Of a stretch of DNA of 64,000 nucleotides, positions 45,621-55,281 are shown piece after piece; the stretch's first letter is position 1; each line of letters opens with the position of its first letter. The notes beneath the pieces were generated by a model. The model did no database searches and had not been told where the DNA came from. It was given only the letters and a program-made list of their open reading frames with translations. The position numbers were made by a program, and so were the translations under genes. The stretch is taken from contig JAKVBI010000019.1 of assembly GCA_022447545.1 (NCBI GenBank), positions 16,274 through 80,273 on the forward strand, written 5' to 3'. The DNA is from Myxococcota bacterium. Lineage in GTDB: Bacteria > Myxococcota_A > UBA9160 > SMWR01.

Positions 45621-46484
45621 TCAATCCGGAAGGGGTGGATTGGCTCGCGCGAGGATTCCCTCGTAGCGTTGGCGAACGCGGGCGTCGTGATCCTCACTGG
45701 GGGGTAGGATCCAGAAGCGGCCCTCGCGAATTCCCTCGAGGCAGTAGGCGGCGACGTCCTCGGGCTCTGAAAGACGGAATTGAACCCCTGAACTTTGCGC
45801 TAATTCTTCCATGCTGACGTAGGAGGCTGGCTGACTGTCGGGGGCGGCGAACTTGGGGGGGCGGTTTCGTCCCGAATTCAGAATGTTGGTATTGACCAGG
45901 TGGGGGCCGGGAAACAGGGCGGATGCGCCAATGGACGCCTCTTCCATTAGAAGCTGATAGTGGAGGGTCTCGGTGATGCTGGTCAGTGCGGCCTTGGTAG
46001 CTGAGTAGATGGGCGTCGTGGGTAGGATCGTCAGCCCACCATTGCCCGAAGAGGTGTTGACCACCCAGCCCTCCTCACCGCCCTCGAGCATCCGGGGGAC
46101 GAAGGCGCGGATGCCGTGAATCACTCCCCAGACGTTGACCCCCAGGCCCCAGCTCCAATCGGTTTCGGGGAGGGTCCAGATTCGGCGCTGTGCCTCGCCG
46201 AGGCCAACGCCGGCATTGTTGAACAGCAGATGGACGGCCCCCTTTGTGGCGAAGACGTGGTCTGCCAGTCCGGTGACCGAGGCGGCGTCGCTCACATCGG
46301 TGACCCGGGCATCGACCTCGCCGTGGGATCCGCTCAACTCCGCCGCAGTACGTCGAAGTGCTTCCTCCTCGACATCGGCAATGACGACACGCGCTCCCTG
46401 GGCCACGAGTGCTGCGGCCAGGGCGCGTCCCACCCCGCTCGCACCCCCGGTGATCACTGCGACGCGGTCGGTGAAATCACGCAA
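45621..46484 (-). CDS. SDR family oxidoreductase
   Basis: VAVITGGASGVGRALAAALVAQGARVVIADV and YSATKAAL. Confidence 0.9.
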   Translation of the reverse strand: MRDFTDRVAVITGGASGVGRALAAALVAQGARVVIADVEEEALRRTAAELSGSHGEVDARVTDVSDAASVTGLADHVFATKGAVHLLFNNAGVGLGEAQRRIWTLPETDWSWGLGVNVWGVIHGIRAFVPRMLEGGEEGWVVNTSSGNGGLTILPTTPIYSATKAALTSITETLHYQLLMEEASIGASALFPGPHLVNTNILNSGRNRPPKFAAPDSQPASYVSMEELAQSSGVQFRLSEPEDVAAYCLEGIREGRFWILPPSEDHDARVRQRYEGILARANPPLPD

Positions 46485-46555
46485 GTCTGGAACCTCCGGT
46501 TTCAGGGACCTCTGCGGCCCGGTCGGTGTTCTTGACCTCGTTGGATCTTTTCCAT

Positions 46556-47545
46556 TCAGGCCTCTTGGGAAGAGGAGGGGGCGGTCTCGACATAGAAGTT
46601 CGAGAAGTAGCGCCGGAATTCGGGAATCGGGCCGTCCCCATCACACAACAGGGGGTGCACCCGATGAAGTTTGTGTTGCCAGATTCTGATGTCGTCTTCG
46701 ACGCCGGCCGCTGTGTTTTCGATGGATCGTACCCCCATCGCTTCTTCCAGGGATCCGGGCTTTTCTCTTCGCCGGGTAAACGCGAATCGAAGCTCGACTT
46801 CTTGGCTGTCGATGGGGGTCACGAGGGTCATGAGCAGGGTCTCGGCCAAGCCCGATAGGCGTGTGCATTTCTGTCCCGCCCCATTCTGGACGGTGACCAC
46901 GCGGCTCTGGTAGGTGCGTACGCTTCCGTCGGGGTCTTCGGCCGTGTGGGGGCCCTCCACCATGCTGCAGCGCATGACACCGTCGTAGGTGGTCTCGCCT
47001 TCGGGCACTGCATCCATGCCGTGCACGTAGCGGAAGTGAGCCGGGTCCACTCCATTCTCTGCGATTTCCTGGGGGTTGGAGCGGAAACGCCAGTGGTAGC
47101 GAGTGAGCGGCTCCCAGTCGGGATCTCCCACCTCCGGGTATTCGACGACATCGAAGGTCGGTTTTTCACCCCGAGGGTGGTACCAGCCCCAGATGATCTG
47201 ATTGCGCTCGACCGTCGGATGCGCCGTAACCGCCCCCGCCCGGTCACCGCCGCTCGGGGTGCGCTTCGCGTAGGGGACATCCACGCAGCGCCCCTCGGTG
47301 GAGATCGCCCAGCCGTGGAAGGGGCAGCGCAACGTTTCACCCTCGACGCGTCCGCCGTGGCCCAGATGCGCGCCGAGGTGGGGACAGTAGGCGTCCATGA
47401 GGCAGGGGGTTCCGTGTTCGGTCCGGAACAACACCAAATCGCGTCCGAAATAGTGGACCGGTCGGACTTCGCCGGTTGTGAGTTCGTCGGAGTAGGCGAT
47501 GAAGAACCAGCCGAAAGGAACCGGCAGCGGGAGCGGTTCGACCAT
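46556..47545 (-). CDS. Rieske [2Fe-2S] domain oxygenase (alpha-only, KshA/phthalate-family-like)
   Basis: The ATG at 47545 is preceded by AGGAG. CPHLGAHLG...CPFHGWAIS. Iron motif DPAHFRYVHG. Confidence 0.88.
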   Translation of the reverse strand: MVEPLPLPVPFGWFFIAYSDELTTGEVRPVHYFGRDLVLFRTEHGTPCLMDAYCPHLGAHLGHGGRVEGETLRCPFHGWAISTEGRCVDVPYAKRTPSGGDRAGAVTAHPTVERNQIIWGWYHPRGEKPTFDVVEYPEVGDPDWEPLTRYHWRFRSNPQEIAENGVDPAHFRYVHGMDAVPEGETTYDGVMRCSMVEGPHTAEDPDGSVRTYQSRVVTVQNGAGQKCTRLSGLAETLLMTLVTPIDSQEVELRFAFTRRREKPGSLEEAMGVRSIENTAAGVEDDIRIWQHKLHRVHPLLCDGDGPIPEFRRYFSNFYVETAPSSSQEA

Positions 47546-47573
47546 GGGGAGGCTCCTGATGAGTCGAAGAAGG

Positions 47574-48731
47574 TTAACTGGAGAAGGTTTGGCGGGGGGG
47601 GCCGATACGCTGTGCGATTGGCGTGAGCGCATCGAGTTCGAGTCCGTAGCACTCGACGGCGTTGAGGCCGAAGATCGCCTCCATTTCGTTGGGGGGAACG
47701 CCCTTGAAGGATTCCCCGATGCGCTCATGGGTTCTCGGCCAGAGACCTTCGGGGTGGGGGTAGTCGGTGCCCCACATGAGATTCTTCACGCCGATCTGAT
47801 GGCGCCGGGAAACTCCGAGGGGGTCGAGCAGCGATGCGCCGACCCAGCAATTGCGCGCGAAGTATTCGCTGGGCTCCATGGAGAGGTGGCCGCGAAAGTT
47901 TCCGAGTTTGCCGCTGGTGTGTTTTTCGGAAGCGCGAATCTCCATCATTTCGAGAATCGCGGGCAAGTGGAATTCGCTGACTTCGGTGACCGCGAACTTC
48001 AGGCGGGGGAACCGCTCGAAGACGCCTCCGAAGATCAGCACCCACAGTGGGCGGACTGCCCAGAAAACGAACTCCGTCAGGTAGATGCCCATCATGCCGG
48101 GCAGGTCTTCGAAGTCCGGGGTGGGGCCCGAGTGCGTGTGTACCACCATTTTCAGGTCCTGGCAGGCGGCCCACAGGGGGTCGTAGCGTGGGTGGTGGTA
48201 GGCGGGATATTCGCCCCAGAGCGCGGGGATCAGGATGCCGCGCAAACCGGCTTCGTGTGCTCGACGGGTTTCTTCGACGGCATCGTCGACGTCGTAGACG
48301 GCTGGGATCACGGCCACACCGATCCGTCGTTCGGGTGCCTCAGCGCAGAATTCTGTGAGCCACCGGTTGTGGGCCCGTGCGCCGGCCCACTGCAGTTCGG
48401 GATCCACGTTCCAGGGCTTGAGGCCGAGTCCGGCACCAAACGGGGGTGCATTCATTTCGGTGATGCCGTCTGGGAAAAGTACTTCCGCAGCGACCCCATC
48501 GGCGTCGATCACGGCCAGACGTCGATCGGAGTCCCAAGCGCCCTGGAGTTCGGACTCGATGCCGCGGCGCCATTTCTCGTTGAACTCTTTGACGAAGAAC
48601 TTCTTCTCGGCGATCCGCGTCTGTTCGAGCTGTTGGGGCAGGGCGACATCGAAGGCGTCTCGATAGCGCGGGTCCACATATTCGCGGTAACGCTCCGGCG
48701 GAAGCCCTGCGTGCCCATCGGAAGAGATCAT
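47574..48731 (-). CDS. amidohydrolase-2 (PF04909-type) family protein
   Basis: MISSDGHAGLPPERYREYVDPRY at the N-terminus and LMWGTDYPHPEG near the C-terminus. The start is taken at ATG 48731. Confidence 0.82.
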   Translation of the reverse strand: MISSDGHAGLPPERYREYVDPRYRDAFDVALPQQLEQTRIAEKKFFVKEFNEKWRRGIESELQGAWDSDRRLAVIDADGVAAEVLFPDGITEMNAPPFGAGLGLKPWNVDPELQWAGARAHNRWLTEFCAEAPERRIGVAVIPAVYDVDDAVEETRRAHEAGLRGILIPALWGEYPAYHHPRYDPLWAACQDLKMVVHTHSGPTPDFEDLPGMMGIYLTEFVFWAVRPLWVLIFGGVFERFPRLKFAVTEVSEFHLPAILEMMEIRASEKHTSGKLGNFRGHLSMEPSEYFARNCWVGASLLDPLGVSRRHQIGVKNLMWGTDYPHPEGLWPRTHERIGESFKGVPPNEMEAIFGLNAVECYGLELDALTPIAQRIGPPRQTFSS

Positions 48732-48832
48732 CAGATATCGGTCCACAGGGCTCTCCCGTATTTTTAGGTCAGTGGAGCATTGTAGATGGATCGGTTGATC
48801 GCCGAAAGCCGAGCCGTGTAGGATGCGTCGAC

Positions 48833-50110
48833 ATGAGCGGCCCCGTTTCACCCCATCGAGCCCGCTACGCCTTGGGCCTGCTTTTCGTGGTCTACGCGGT
48901 CAGCCTGGTCGACCGCCAGATCCTCGCCATGTTGCTCGAGGACATCAAACTCGAGATGGGGCTCAAGGATTGGCAGCTCGGCTTTCTGTCGGGACTTGCC
49001 TTCGCGCTGTTTTACAGCACGGCGGGGATTCCCCTGGCTCGTTTGGCGGATCGTGGCTCCAGGCGCGCCGTGATCGCTGCGGGCATGATTGCCTGGAGCA
49101 TTGCGACGGCCTTGAGCGGGGCTGCGCGTGGTTTCTGGCAACTCGCGCTGGCAAGGGTGGCGGTAGGCGTGGGTGAAGCGGCGGGAAGTCCTCCGAGTCA
49201 CTCTCTGATTTCCGATCTGTTTCCGCCCGAGAGCCGCGCACGTGCCATCGCCATCTACACCATGGGGGCCAACGTCGGGGTCATGGGTGGGTACATGCTT
49301 GGCGGCTGGTTGGCCCAGAGCATTGGCTGGCGTTGGACGTTCGTAGTCATCGGCCTGCCCGGGGTGCTGGTTGGTTTGCTGGTGCGATTCACACTTCCCG
49401 AGCCGCCTCGTGGGGCCATTGAGGATCGAGCCGACGACGAGCCCCAGCCGCCGCTGGGCGAGGCCTTGAGATATCTGTTCAGGCTGCGTGCCTATCGCCA
49501 GCTCGCTGCGGCGACGTCACTGTACAACGTTGCTTCCTACGGATTCATGTTCTGGGTGCCCGCATTCATGCAGCGCGTACACGAAATGGATCGCACGGAG
49601 ATCGGTTTGTGGTTGGGGCCCATTGCGGGTTTTGTGGGTGCGGCAGGCGCTTTTACGGGTGGTTGGCTGGCGGACATCGGTTCGCGACGTGACGAGCGCT
49701 GGCTGGCGTGGGTTCCGGCGATCGCGGGCATGTTGGGCGCCCCGTGCATTGTCGTCTTCTTGCTGATTCCCGGCGCACATGCCGCCGTGCTCTGGTACGT
49801 GCCCATCACGTTCTTGACCGCCATGTGGACCGGAGGCACCTACTCGGCGGTCCAGGGCCTGGCGAGCCTCCGCATGCGGGCCACCGCGGCCGCGGTTCTT
49901 CTCTTTCTGCTCAACTTCATTGGTTTCGGTCTGGGGCCACAACTGGTCGGCATTCTCAGCGATGTGTTCGAGCCCACCTGGGGTCGGGAATCTCTGCGGT
50001 ACGCGCTGCTCGTCGTCGGGATGTGCAAGGCCTGGGGTTGTGTGCACGGGTTCCTGGCAGCCAAGCACCTTCGTGCTGAGCTGGCGGCCGTGCGAGAAGG
50101 GGAGGCTTGA
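48833..50110 (+). CDS. MFS transporter
   Basis: 425 aa, about 12 TM. LADRGSRR loop motif. Paralogue of 52753..54033. Confidence 0.9.
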   Translation: MSGPVSPHRARYALGLLFVVYAVSLVDRQILAMLLEDIKLEMGLKDWQLGFLSGLAFALFYSTAGIPLARLADRGSRRAVIAAGMIAWSIATALSGAARGFWQLALARVAVGVGEAAGSPPSHSLISDLFPPESRARAIAIYTMGANVGVMGGYMLGGWLAQSIGWRWTFVVIGLPGVLVGLLVRFTLPEPPRGAIEDRADDEPQPPLGEALRYLFRLRAYRQLAAATSLYNVASYGFMFWVPAFMQRVHEMDRTEIGLWLGPIAGFVGAAGAFTGGWLADIGSRRDERWLAWVPAIAGMLGAPCIVVFLLIPGAHAAVLWYVPITFLTAMWTGGTYSAVQGLASLRMRATAAAVLLFLLNFIGFGLGPQLVGILSDVFEPTWGRESLRYALLVVGMCKAWGCVHGFLAAKHLRAELAAVREGEA

Positions 50111-50248
50111 TTGCCGTCGATGCTGGGCCGACGGCAGACTCTTGCCGGAATTTCACGTGGTAGGATAAGACCTGTTTCGCGTCCGATCTCATCAAGGCGA
50201 GCGAGCATTTCGATTCTCAGCCCATCGACCATGGGAGATATGTAGCCG

Positions 50249-50590
50249 TTGGAAACTGCGAACTGGAAGGTCTTTTCCGTCGAAGAACTGACCGAGCACC
50301 GAAATCGCCAAGGGATGCCCTATCTCGAATTTCTGCGGGTTCCGGCTCTTAGCTCTGGTATCTACTTCCTACCTGCCGGAGCCAAAGATCTTCAGAGTCC
50401 GCACGATGAGGACGAGGTCTATTACGTCGTCAGTGGGTCTGCCCGGTTGAAGATGGGCGATGAGGAGCATGTACTCCAGGCAGGCTCGGTCCTGTATGTG
50501 CCAGCGACTTCGTCACACTCGTTCATCGAGATCGAAGAAGACATCACACTTTTGGTGTTTTTTGCATCCGGAGGCCCGTCAGAGGGTTAG
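50249..50590 (+). CDS. cupin domain protein
   Basis: 113 aa. HDEDEVYYVVSGSARLKMGDEEHVLQAGSVLYVPATSSHSF. TTG start, uncertain. Confidence 0.75.
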   Translation: METANWKVFSVEELTEHRNRQGMPYLEFLRVPALSSGIYFLPAGAKDLQSPHDEDEVYYVVSGSARLKMGDEEHVLQAGSVLYVPATSSHSFIEIEEDITLLVFFASGGPSEG

Positions 50591-50768
50591 TTCGTTGGAT
50601 CTCTCGACGATCCGAAGCTGAGAAAGAACGACCTTCATCCAGCGCTGATAGCTACCGTGATAGGCGCTGTGAACGCGATCCCCGCCGGGTATGCCGCGGA
50701 GCCGGGAATCCTCATCTGTTTGGATCTTCCACTGTTCGGGGCCCACCGCGTCCTCGGTTCTTGACACC

Positions 50769-52511
50769 TCAGTTCGGTGGAATGGGTTGCGGCACGCCTC
50801 CGAGCACCGTGCCCCAGACCGGGATGTCCTTCCACGTCGCGGGGTCGACCTCGTAGGGGTCCGCCTCGAGGACCGTGAAATCCGCGCGCTTGCCGGGCCG
50901 GATCGACCCGATCTCCTCTTCGAGCCCGAGGCTTCGTGCCGCCTCCACGGTGATCGCCCGCACTGCCCGGTCTGTCGACAACTTCTGGTCCGCTCCCCAG
51001 ACACGGCCGTCACTTCCGATCCGGTTGACGGCAACCCAGGCCAGGCGCAGAGGCTCCGCGGGTGCCATGGGGTAGTCGGAGTGAAACGAGACGGGGACGC
51101 CGGCGCGCTCGAGTCCCCCCAGCGGTGAGATATCTGCAGCGCGTTCGGGCCCGAAACCGTGCTCGTGGTAGATGGGCGCGAGTTCGTGGGTGTAATAGGC
51201 GTTGTTCGAAACTTCGACTCCCATGCGTGCCAGTCGCTGATGCTGATCCTCACGGGCGTAACCGTAATGTTCGAGCACGATGCGGCGTCCGGGGGAAGGA
51301 TGGGCTCGTTGCTGAGCCTCGATCTGGTCGAGTACCAGGTCGAGGCCGGCATCTCCGTTCACATGGACGTGGATCCCCCATCCCTTTTTCCAGAAGGCTT
51401 CGAGGACCGCCTCCTGTTCCTGCGGTGTCATCATCCACTCGCCGTGGTGACCATCCAGGTAGGGCTCGGACATCTGCATCCGCTGGCTGAAGAAGGCGCC
51501 GTCGGCGTAGTACTTGGCATGCTCGACCACCCGGACACGATCCGTGGAAAGCCACAGCAATCTGGCCGCTGCACGTTCGGCGGCGGTGGCGTCTTCGTGT
51601 TCGCGCAAGAGATACATGGCATTCGGTACGAGCACGATGCGGTAGGGGGCTTCGCCTCTGCGCAACTCGAGATGGAGCAGGGTGAGTTCGGCCAACGCGT
51701 TGATCTGGGGAAACCCCTGTTCGGCGACGGTGGTGAGGCCACCCCGGTGAATGACCTGACTCAGCATCGACAGGCCCTCGAGATAACGCCCCGGCGATGC
51801 CAGGATTCGTACCATTGGGCCGCCGAGGTCGAACGAGGCGGTTTCCCAGAGGTGTCCTGTTTCCCAGTTGGCCTGGGGGTGGGCATCGAAAGCTTGTCGT
51901 TCCATGCCGAGAGTCTCGAGGGCTCGGCTGTTGAAGAACATCTCGTGTACCGAGCGCTGCCACACGAAGATCGGACGCTGGGTCGAGATCGCATCCAGGT
52001 CCGTGCGAGAGAGTGCTCCGTGGTAGGGCTCGTGGTAGCCCCAGACGAGCAGCCAGTCGTCATCCTCGGAGCGCTCGCGGTCCAGTTCGCGCAGTCGCCC
52101 CAGGAAACCTTCTCGGCCGCGGACCGCCTGTGTTCGCCCCCTGGGTGTGGCCCACTCCATGGCAGAGACGATGTCCATGTTGAGGATGGTGGCTCCTAGC
52201 GACGGGTGGAGATGGGGATCGATGAAGCCCGGCAGGAGAATCTTGTCGGCGAAGCGGGAGTCGACCTCGCTGGGGATTTCTCCCAATTGTTTTTGTACGG
52301 ATTCGAGACTGCCCAGTGCAAGGATCTTGCCCGCCTGGACTGCCACGGCTGTGGCCTCGGGCACCGAGGGCTCCAGTGTGTGGACCTTGCGAGCGGTGAA
52401 GATGCGAACCGCTGAGGAATTGGAACCACTCCAGCAGGTGAAAGACAGCAAGAAGGCCACCGTTGCCAGGGCAACGAACGCGAGGCGGGCTCTGCCGAGT
52501 CGTTTCTTCAC
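50769..52511 (-). CDS. amidohydrolase (Amidohydro_3 type), membrane-anchored or secreted
   Basis: LLPGFIDPHLHPSLG metal site, HVHVNGDAG, SFHSDYPMAP. The GTG at 52511 gives VKKRLGRARLAFVALATVAFLLSF. Alternative starts are ATG 52661 and TTG 52673. Confidence 0.82.
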   Translation of the reverse strand: MKKRLGRARLAFVALATVAFLLSFTCWSGSNSSAVRIFTARKVHTLEPSVPEATAVAVQAGKILALGSLESVQKQLGEIPSEVDSRFADKILLPGFIDPHLHPSLGATILNMDIVSAMEWATPRGRTQAVRGREGFLGRLRELDRERSEDDDWLLVWGYHEPYHGALSRTDLDAISTQRPIFVWQRSVHEMFFNSRALETLGMERQAFDAHPQANWETGHLWETASFDLGGPMVRILASPGRYLEGLSMLSQVIHRGGLTTVAEQGFPQINALAELTLLHLELRRGEAPYRIVLVPNAMYLLREHEDATAAERAAARLLWLSTDRVRVVEHAKYYADGAFFSQRMQMSEPYLDGHHGEWMMTPQEQEAVLEAFWKKGWGIHVHVNGDAGLDLVLDQIEAQQRAHPSPGRRIVLEHYGYAREDQHQRLARMGVEVSNNAYYTHELAPIYHEHGFGPERAADISPLGGLERAGVPVSFHSDYPMAPAEPLRLAWVAVNRIGSDGRVWGADQKLSTDRAVRAITVEAARSLGLEEEIGSIRPGKRADFTVLEADPYEVDPATWKDIPVWGTVLGGVPQPIPPN

Positions 52512-52752
52512 CTGACAGGAGGCATAGCTCAGACGGATCGATTCGCTATCGCCTCCCCGGATTCGCCTCCGGATTGGCCTGCTTGGGCACCGAAACCTCG
52601 TCTCCCTGAGACCGCTCGAGCCCTCGAATTGAATACTTCCACAGGAAGTGGATTCGGGCATAGACTGGCGCAATCAGTCTCGGCGCCACCTTGCTGCGGG
52701 CCGGGAAATCGCAGGTACATGGATTGATGCGCGCCCCGGAGAGAATTCTGGC

Positions 52753-54033
52753 ATGACTGCGACGCTTCGAGATAGTCGCGCCTATCTGCGCTACGTGCTC
52801 TTCCTGCTCTTTTTGGTGCAGGGACTCAACATCATTGACCGGCATTTGTTCGGATTACTGATCGAGCCGATCAAAGCGGAGCTGGGCGTTTCCGACGCCG
52901 TCATGGGCTTCATGACGGGGCTCGCCTTCGCGATCTTCTACAGCCTGGTGGGGGTTCCTGTGGCCCGCTGGGCGGATCGGGGGACGCGGCGCGATGTGAT
53001 CTCCATCTGCCTGTTCCTCTGGAGTCTGATGACGGCTGCCTGTGGCTTGGCTCAAACGGTGACGCAGATGGTCATGGCGCGAATCGCTGTTGGTGTCGGC
53101 GAGGCCGGAGGTTCTCCACCTTCTCACGCGCTGATCGCCGACTACTTCCCCTTGGAGGAACGTGGTCGCGCCATGGGATTGGCGTCCATGGGCGGGGCCG
53201 TGGGGATTACCGTTTCTCTCCTGGTCGGGGGTCTGATTGCCGAGGCCTGGGGTTGGCGTGCGGCGTTCTTCGCCATGGGCTTGCCCGGTGTCCTTCTGGC
53301 CATCGTCATTCGTTACACTCTTCGCGAGCCCGAGCGCGGCCGCTACGATCCGCCGCGTCCGAAAACGCCCGTTCTGTCCACCCGTCAGGCCATTCGTCGG
53401 CTGATCGGGATTCCGGCACTCGTTCACATCTCGTTGGCGGGCAGTCTTCATTCGTTCGCCGGTTATGGGGGCGCGACGTGGAACGCCGTCTTCCTGATGC
53501 GTGTTCACGATTTCAGCATTGGCGAGGCGGGCGTGCGGCTTGCCCTGTACAGCTCGCTCGCAGCTGCGGTCAGCGTGTTCGCTGGTGGACGACTGGCTGA
53601 TTCTTGGGGTCGGCGGGACGTGCGCTGGTATCAGTGGATGCCGGCACTGGGAGCACTTGCGCACATTCCCTTCGCATTCGCTTTCCTGCTCTGGCCTGAC
53701 GGAGAATCCGCCGTCTGGTTTTTGATTCCCTCGGCGCTGCTGGGGGGTCTTTGGGCCGCCCCGGGCCACGCCATGGTGCAGAGCCTGGCCCCGCAGCAGA
53801 TGCGGGCCACGGCATCGGCTCTGATGCTGTTGATGTTCAATTTGATCGGTTTCGGGCTCGGTCCCTGGGTGGTGGGGATCCTCAACGACGTGCTCGAGCC
53901 AAGGTTCGGCGCGGAGGCGGTGCGCTACTCGCTCTTGCTGATTGGCTTGACTTCGCTGTGGGGGACGGCGCACAACTTTCTGGCCGCGCGCACCCTGGCG
54001 CGCGACCTAGACCACGGGAGTGCGACGACATGA
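52753..54033 (+). CDS. MFS transporter
   Basis: 426 aa from the ATG at 52753. WADRGTRR loop. Long stretches align with 48833..50110 (for example ARIAVGVGEAGGSPPSHALIADYFP versus ARVAVGVGEAAGSPPSHSLISDLFP). Confidence 0.9.
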   Translation: MTATLRDSRAYLRYVLFLLFLVQGLNIIDRHLFGLLIEPIKAELGVSDAVMGFMTGLAFAIFYSLVGVPVARWADRGTRRDVISICLFLWSLMTAACGLAQTVTQMVMARIAVGVGEAGGSPPSHALIADYFPLEERGRAMGLASMGGAVGITVSLLVGGLIAEAWGWRAAFFAMGLPGVLLAIVIRYTLREPERGRYDPPRPKTPVLSTRQAIRRLIGIPALVHISLAGSLHSFAGYGGATWNAVFLMRVHDFSIGEAGVRLALYSSLAAAVSVFAGGRLADSWGRRDVRWYQWMPALGALAHIPFAFAFLLWPDGESAVWFLIPSALLGGLWAAPGHAMVQSLAPQQMRATASALMLLMFNLIGFGLGPWVVGILNDVLEPRFGAEAVRYSLLLIGLTSLWGTAHNFLAARTLARDLDHGSATT

Positions 54034-55175
54034 ACCTCGATCCCATCCCCCAGGTTCCCACCGACGATCCCTTCCCGCTGTATGACGTACTGCGTGAGGA
54101 ACACCCCATGCTCCGCGTCGAGGAGCGAGACCTCTGGGTGGCTTCGCGCTACACGGACGTGCGGGCCATGCTCGAGAATCCGGACGTCTGGTCGTCGGCT
54201 CATGGCGTCGTTCCCAGTCGCTTCAAGCCCGACAAGCCCACCATCATCGCCATGGATGCACCACGCCACACGGTGCTGCGGAAGTCCGTGAGTCGAGCCT
54301 TCACGCCGCGGCGCATCGACGTGCTCTCGAAACGAATCCGTGAGATCGCACGCGAACTGATCGACGAATTTCCCGCGAGTGGCGAGTTCGATGTATTCCA
54401 CGCCTTCACCGATCCGTTGCCCATGTACGTCATGGCGGCTCTGCTGGGTGTCGGCCGCGAAGAGCGAGCAATGTTCAAGCGCTGTGGCGACGCCATCGTC
54501 TATGCCTCGGACACTCCACCCGACGAGTTACACGCAGCTCAGTCGGAGTTGACCGATTATCTGGCGGTCGTATTCGAGGAGCGTCGGCGGGAGCCGCGAG
54601 AGGATCTGATCAGCGTGCTCGTGTCAGATTCGCCCGAGGGCAAGGCACTCGACGAGGAGGAGATGCTGGGGCTGTGTTTCTTGTTGCTCGTGGCGGGGAC
54701 TGAGACGACCACCAGTGCATTGGGCAACGGGCTCCTGTTGCTCGACCGGTTTCGCGCAGAACGTGACTGGGTCGCCGCCGATCCGGCGCGTGTCCACGCG
54801 GCCTCGGAAGAAGTATTGCGTTTCGACCCGCCCGTTCACGGACTGTCTAGAGTGGCCAGCCGAGATACCGAGGTGCATGGCGTGCCCGTCTCCGAAGGTG
54901 AATGGGTCCACATGCTGTTCGCAGCTGCCAACCGCGACCCGCGTACATTCGAAAACCCCGAGCGCTTCGATCCCGCCCGCACCCGCAACCACCACGTCTC
55001 CTTCGGTTGGGGGGTTCACTTCTGCCTGGGGGCGAATCTTGCGCGGATGGAGCTTCGCATTGGTCTGCAGGAGTTGCTGGCCCGGATGCCCAACTACCGA
55101 GTCGTGACCGACGGGGTCGAACGTCTGCGTTCCGATACCAATCGCGGCTTCGCGCGCCTTCCCGTAGAGATCTGA
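54030..55175 (+). CDS. cytochrome P450
   Basis: 381 aa from the ATG at 54030 (ATGA overlap with the MFS stop). LLVAGTETTTS, EEVLRFDPP, heme loop FGWGVHFCLGANLAR. Confidence 0.9.
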   Translation: MNLDPIPQVPTDDPFPLYDVLREEHPMLRVEERDLWVASRYTDVRAMLENPDVWSSAHGVVPSRFKPDKPTIIAMDAPRHTVLRKSVSRAFTPRRIDVLSKRIREIARELIDEFPASGEFDVFHAFTDPLPMYVMAALLGVGREERAMFKRCGDAIVYASDTPPDELHAAQSELTDYLAVVFEERRREPREDLISVLVSDSPEGKALDEEEMLGLCFLLLVAGTETTTSALGNGLLLLDRFRAERDWVAADPARVHAASEEVLRFDPPVHGLSRVASRDTEVHGVPVSEGEWVHMLFAAANRDPRTFENPERFDPARTRNHHVSFGWGVHFCLGANLARMELRIGLQELLARMPNYRVVTDGVERLRSDTNRGFARLPVEI

Positions 55176-55281
55176 TCCCCGTCAGGCGCAGACCGGCGAT
55201 GTCGTCCTCTTCGTGGTGGATCTTCCGGAGGGCCATTCCGAGGGCTTTCCGGAGAACTGAAACGGAGCCATCGGGATGAGG

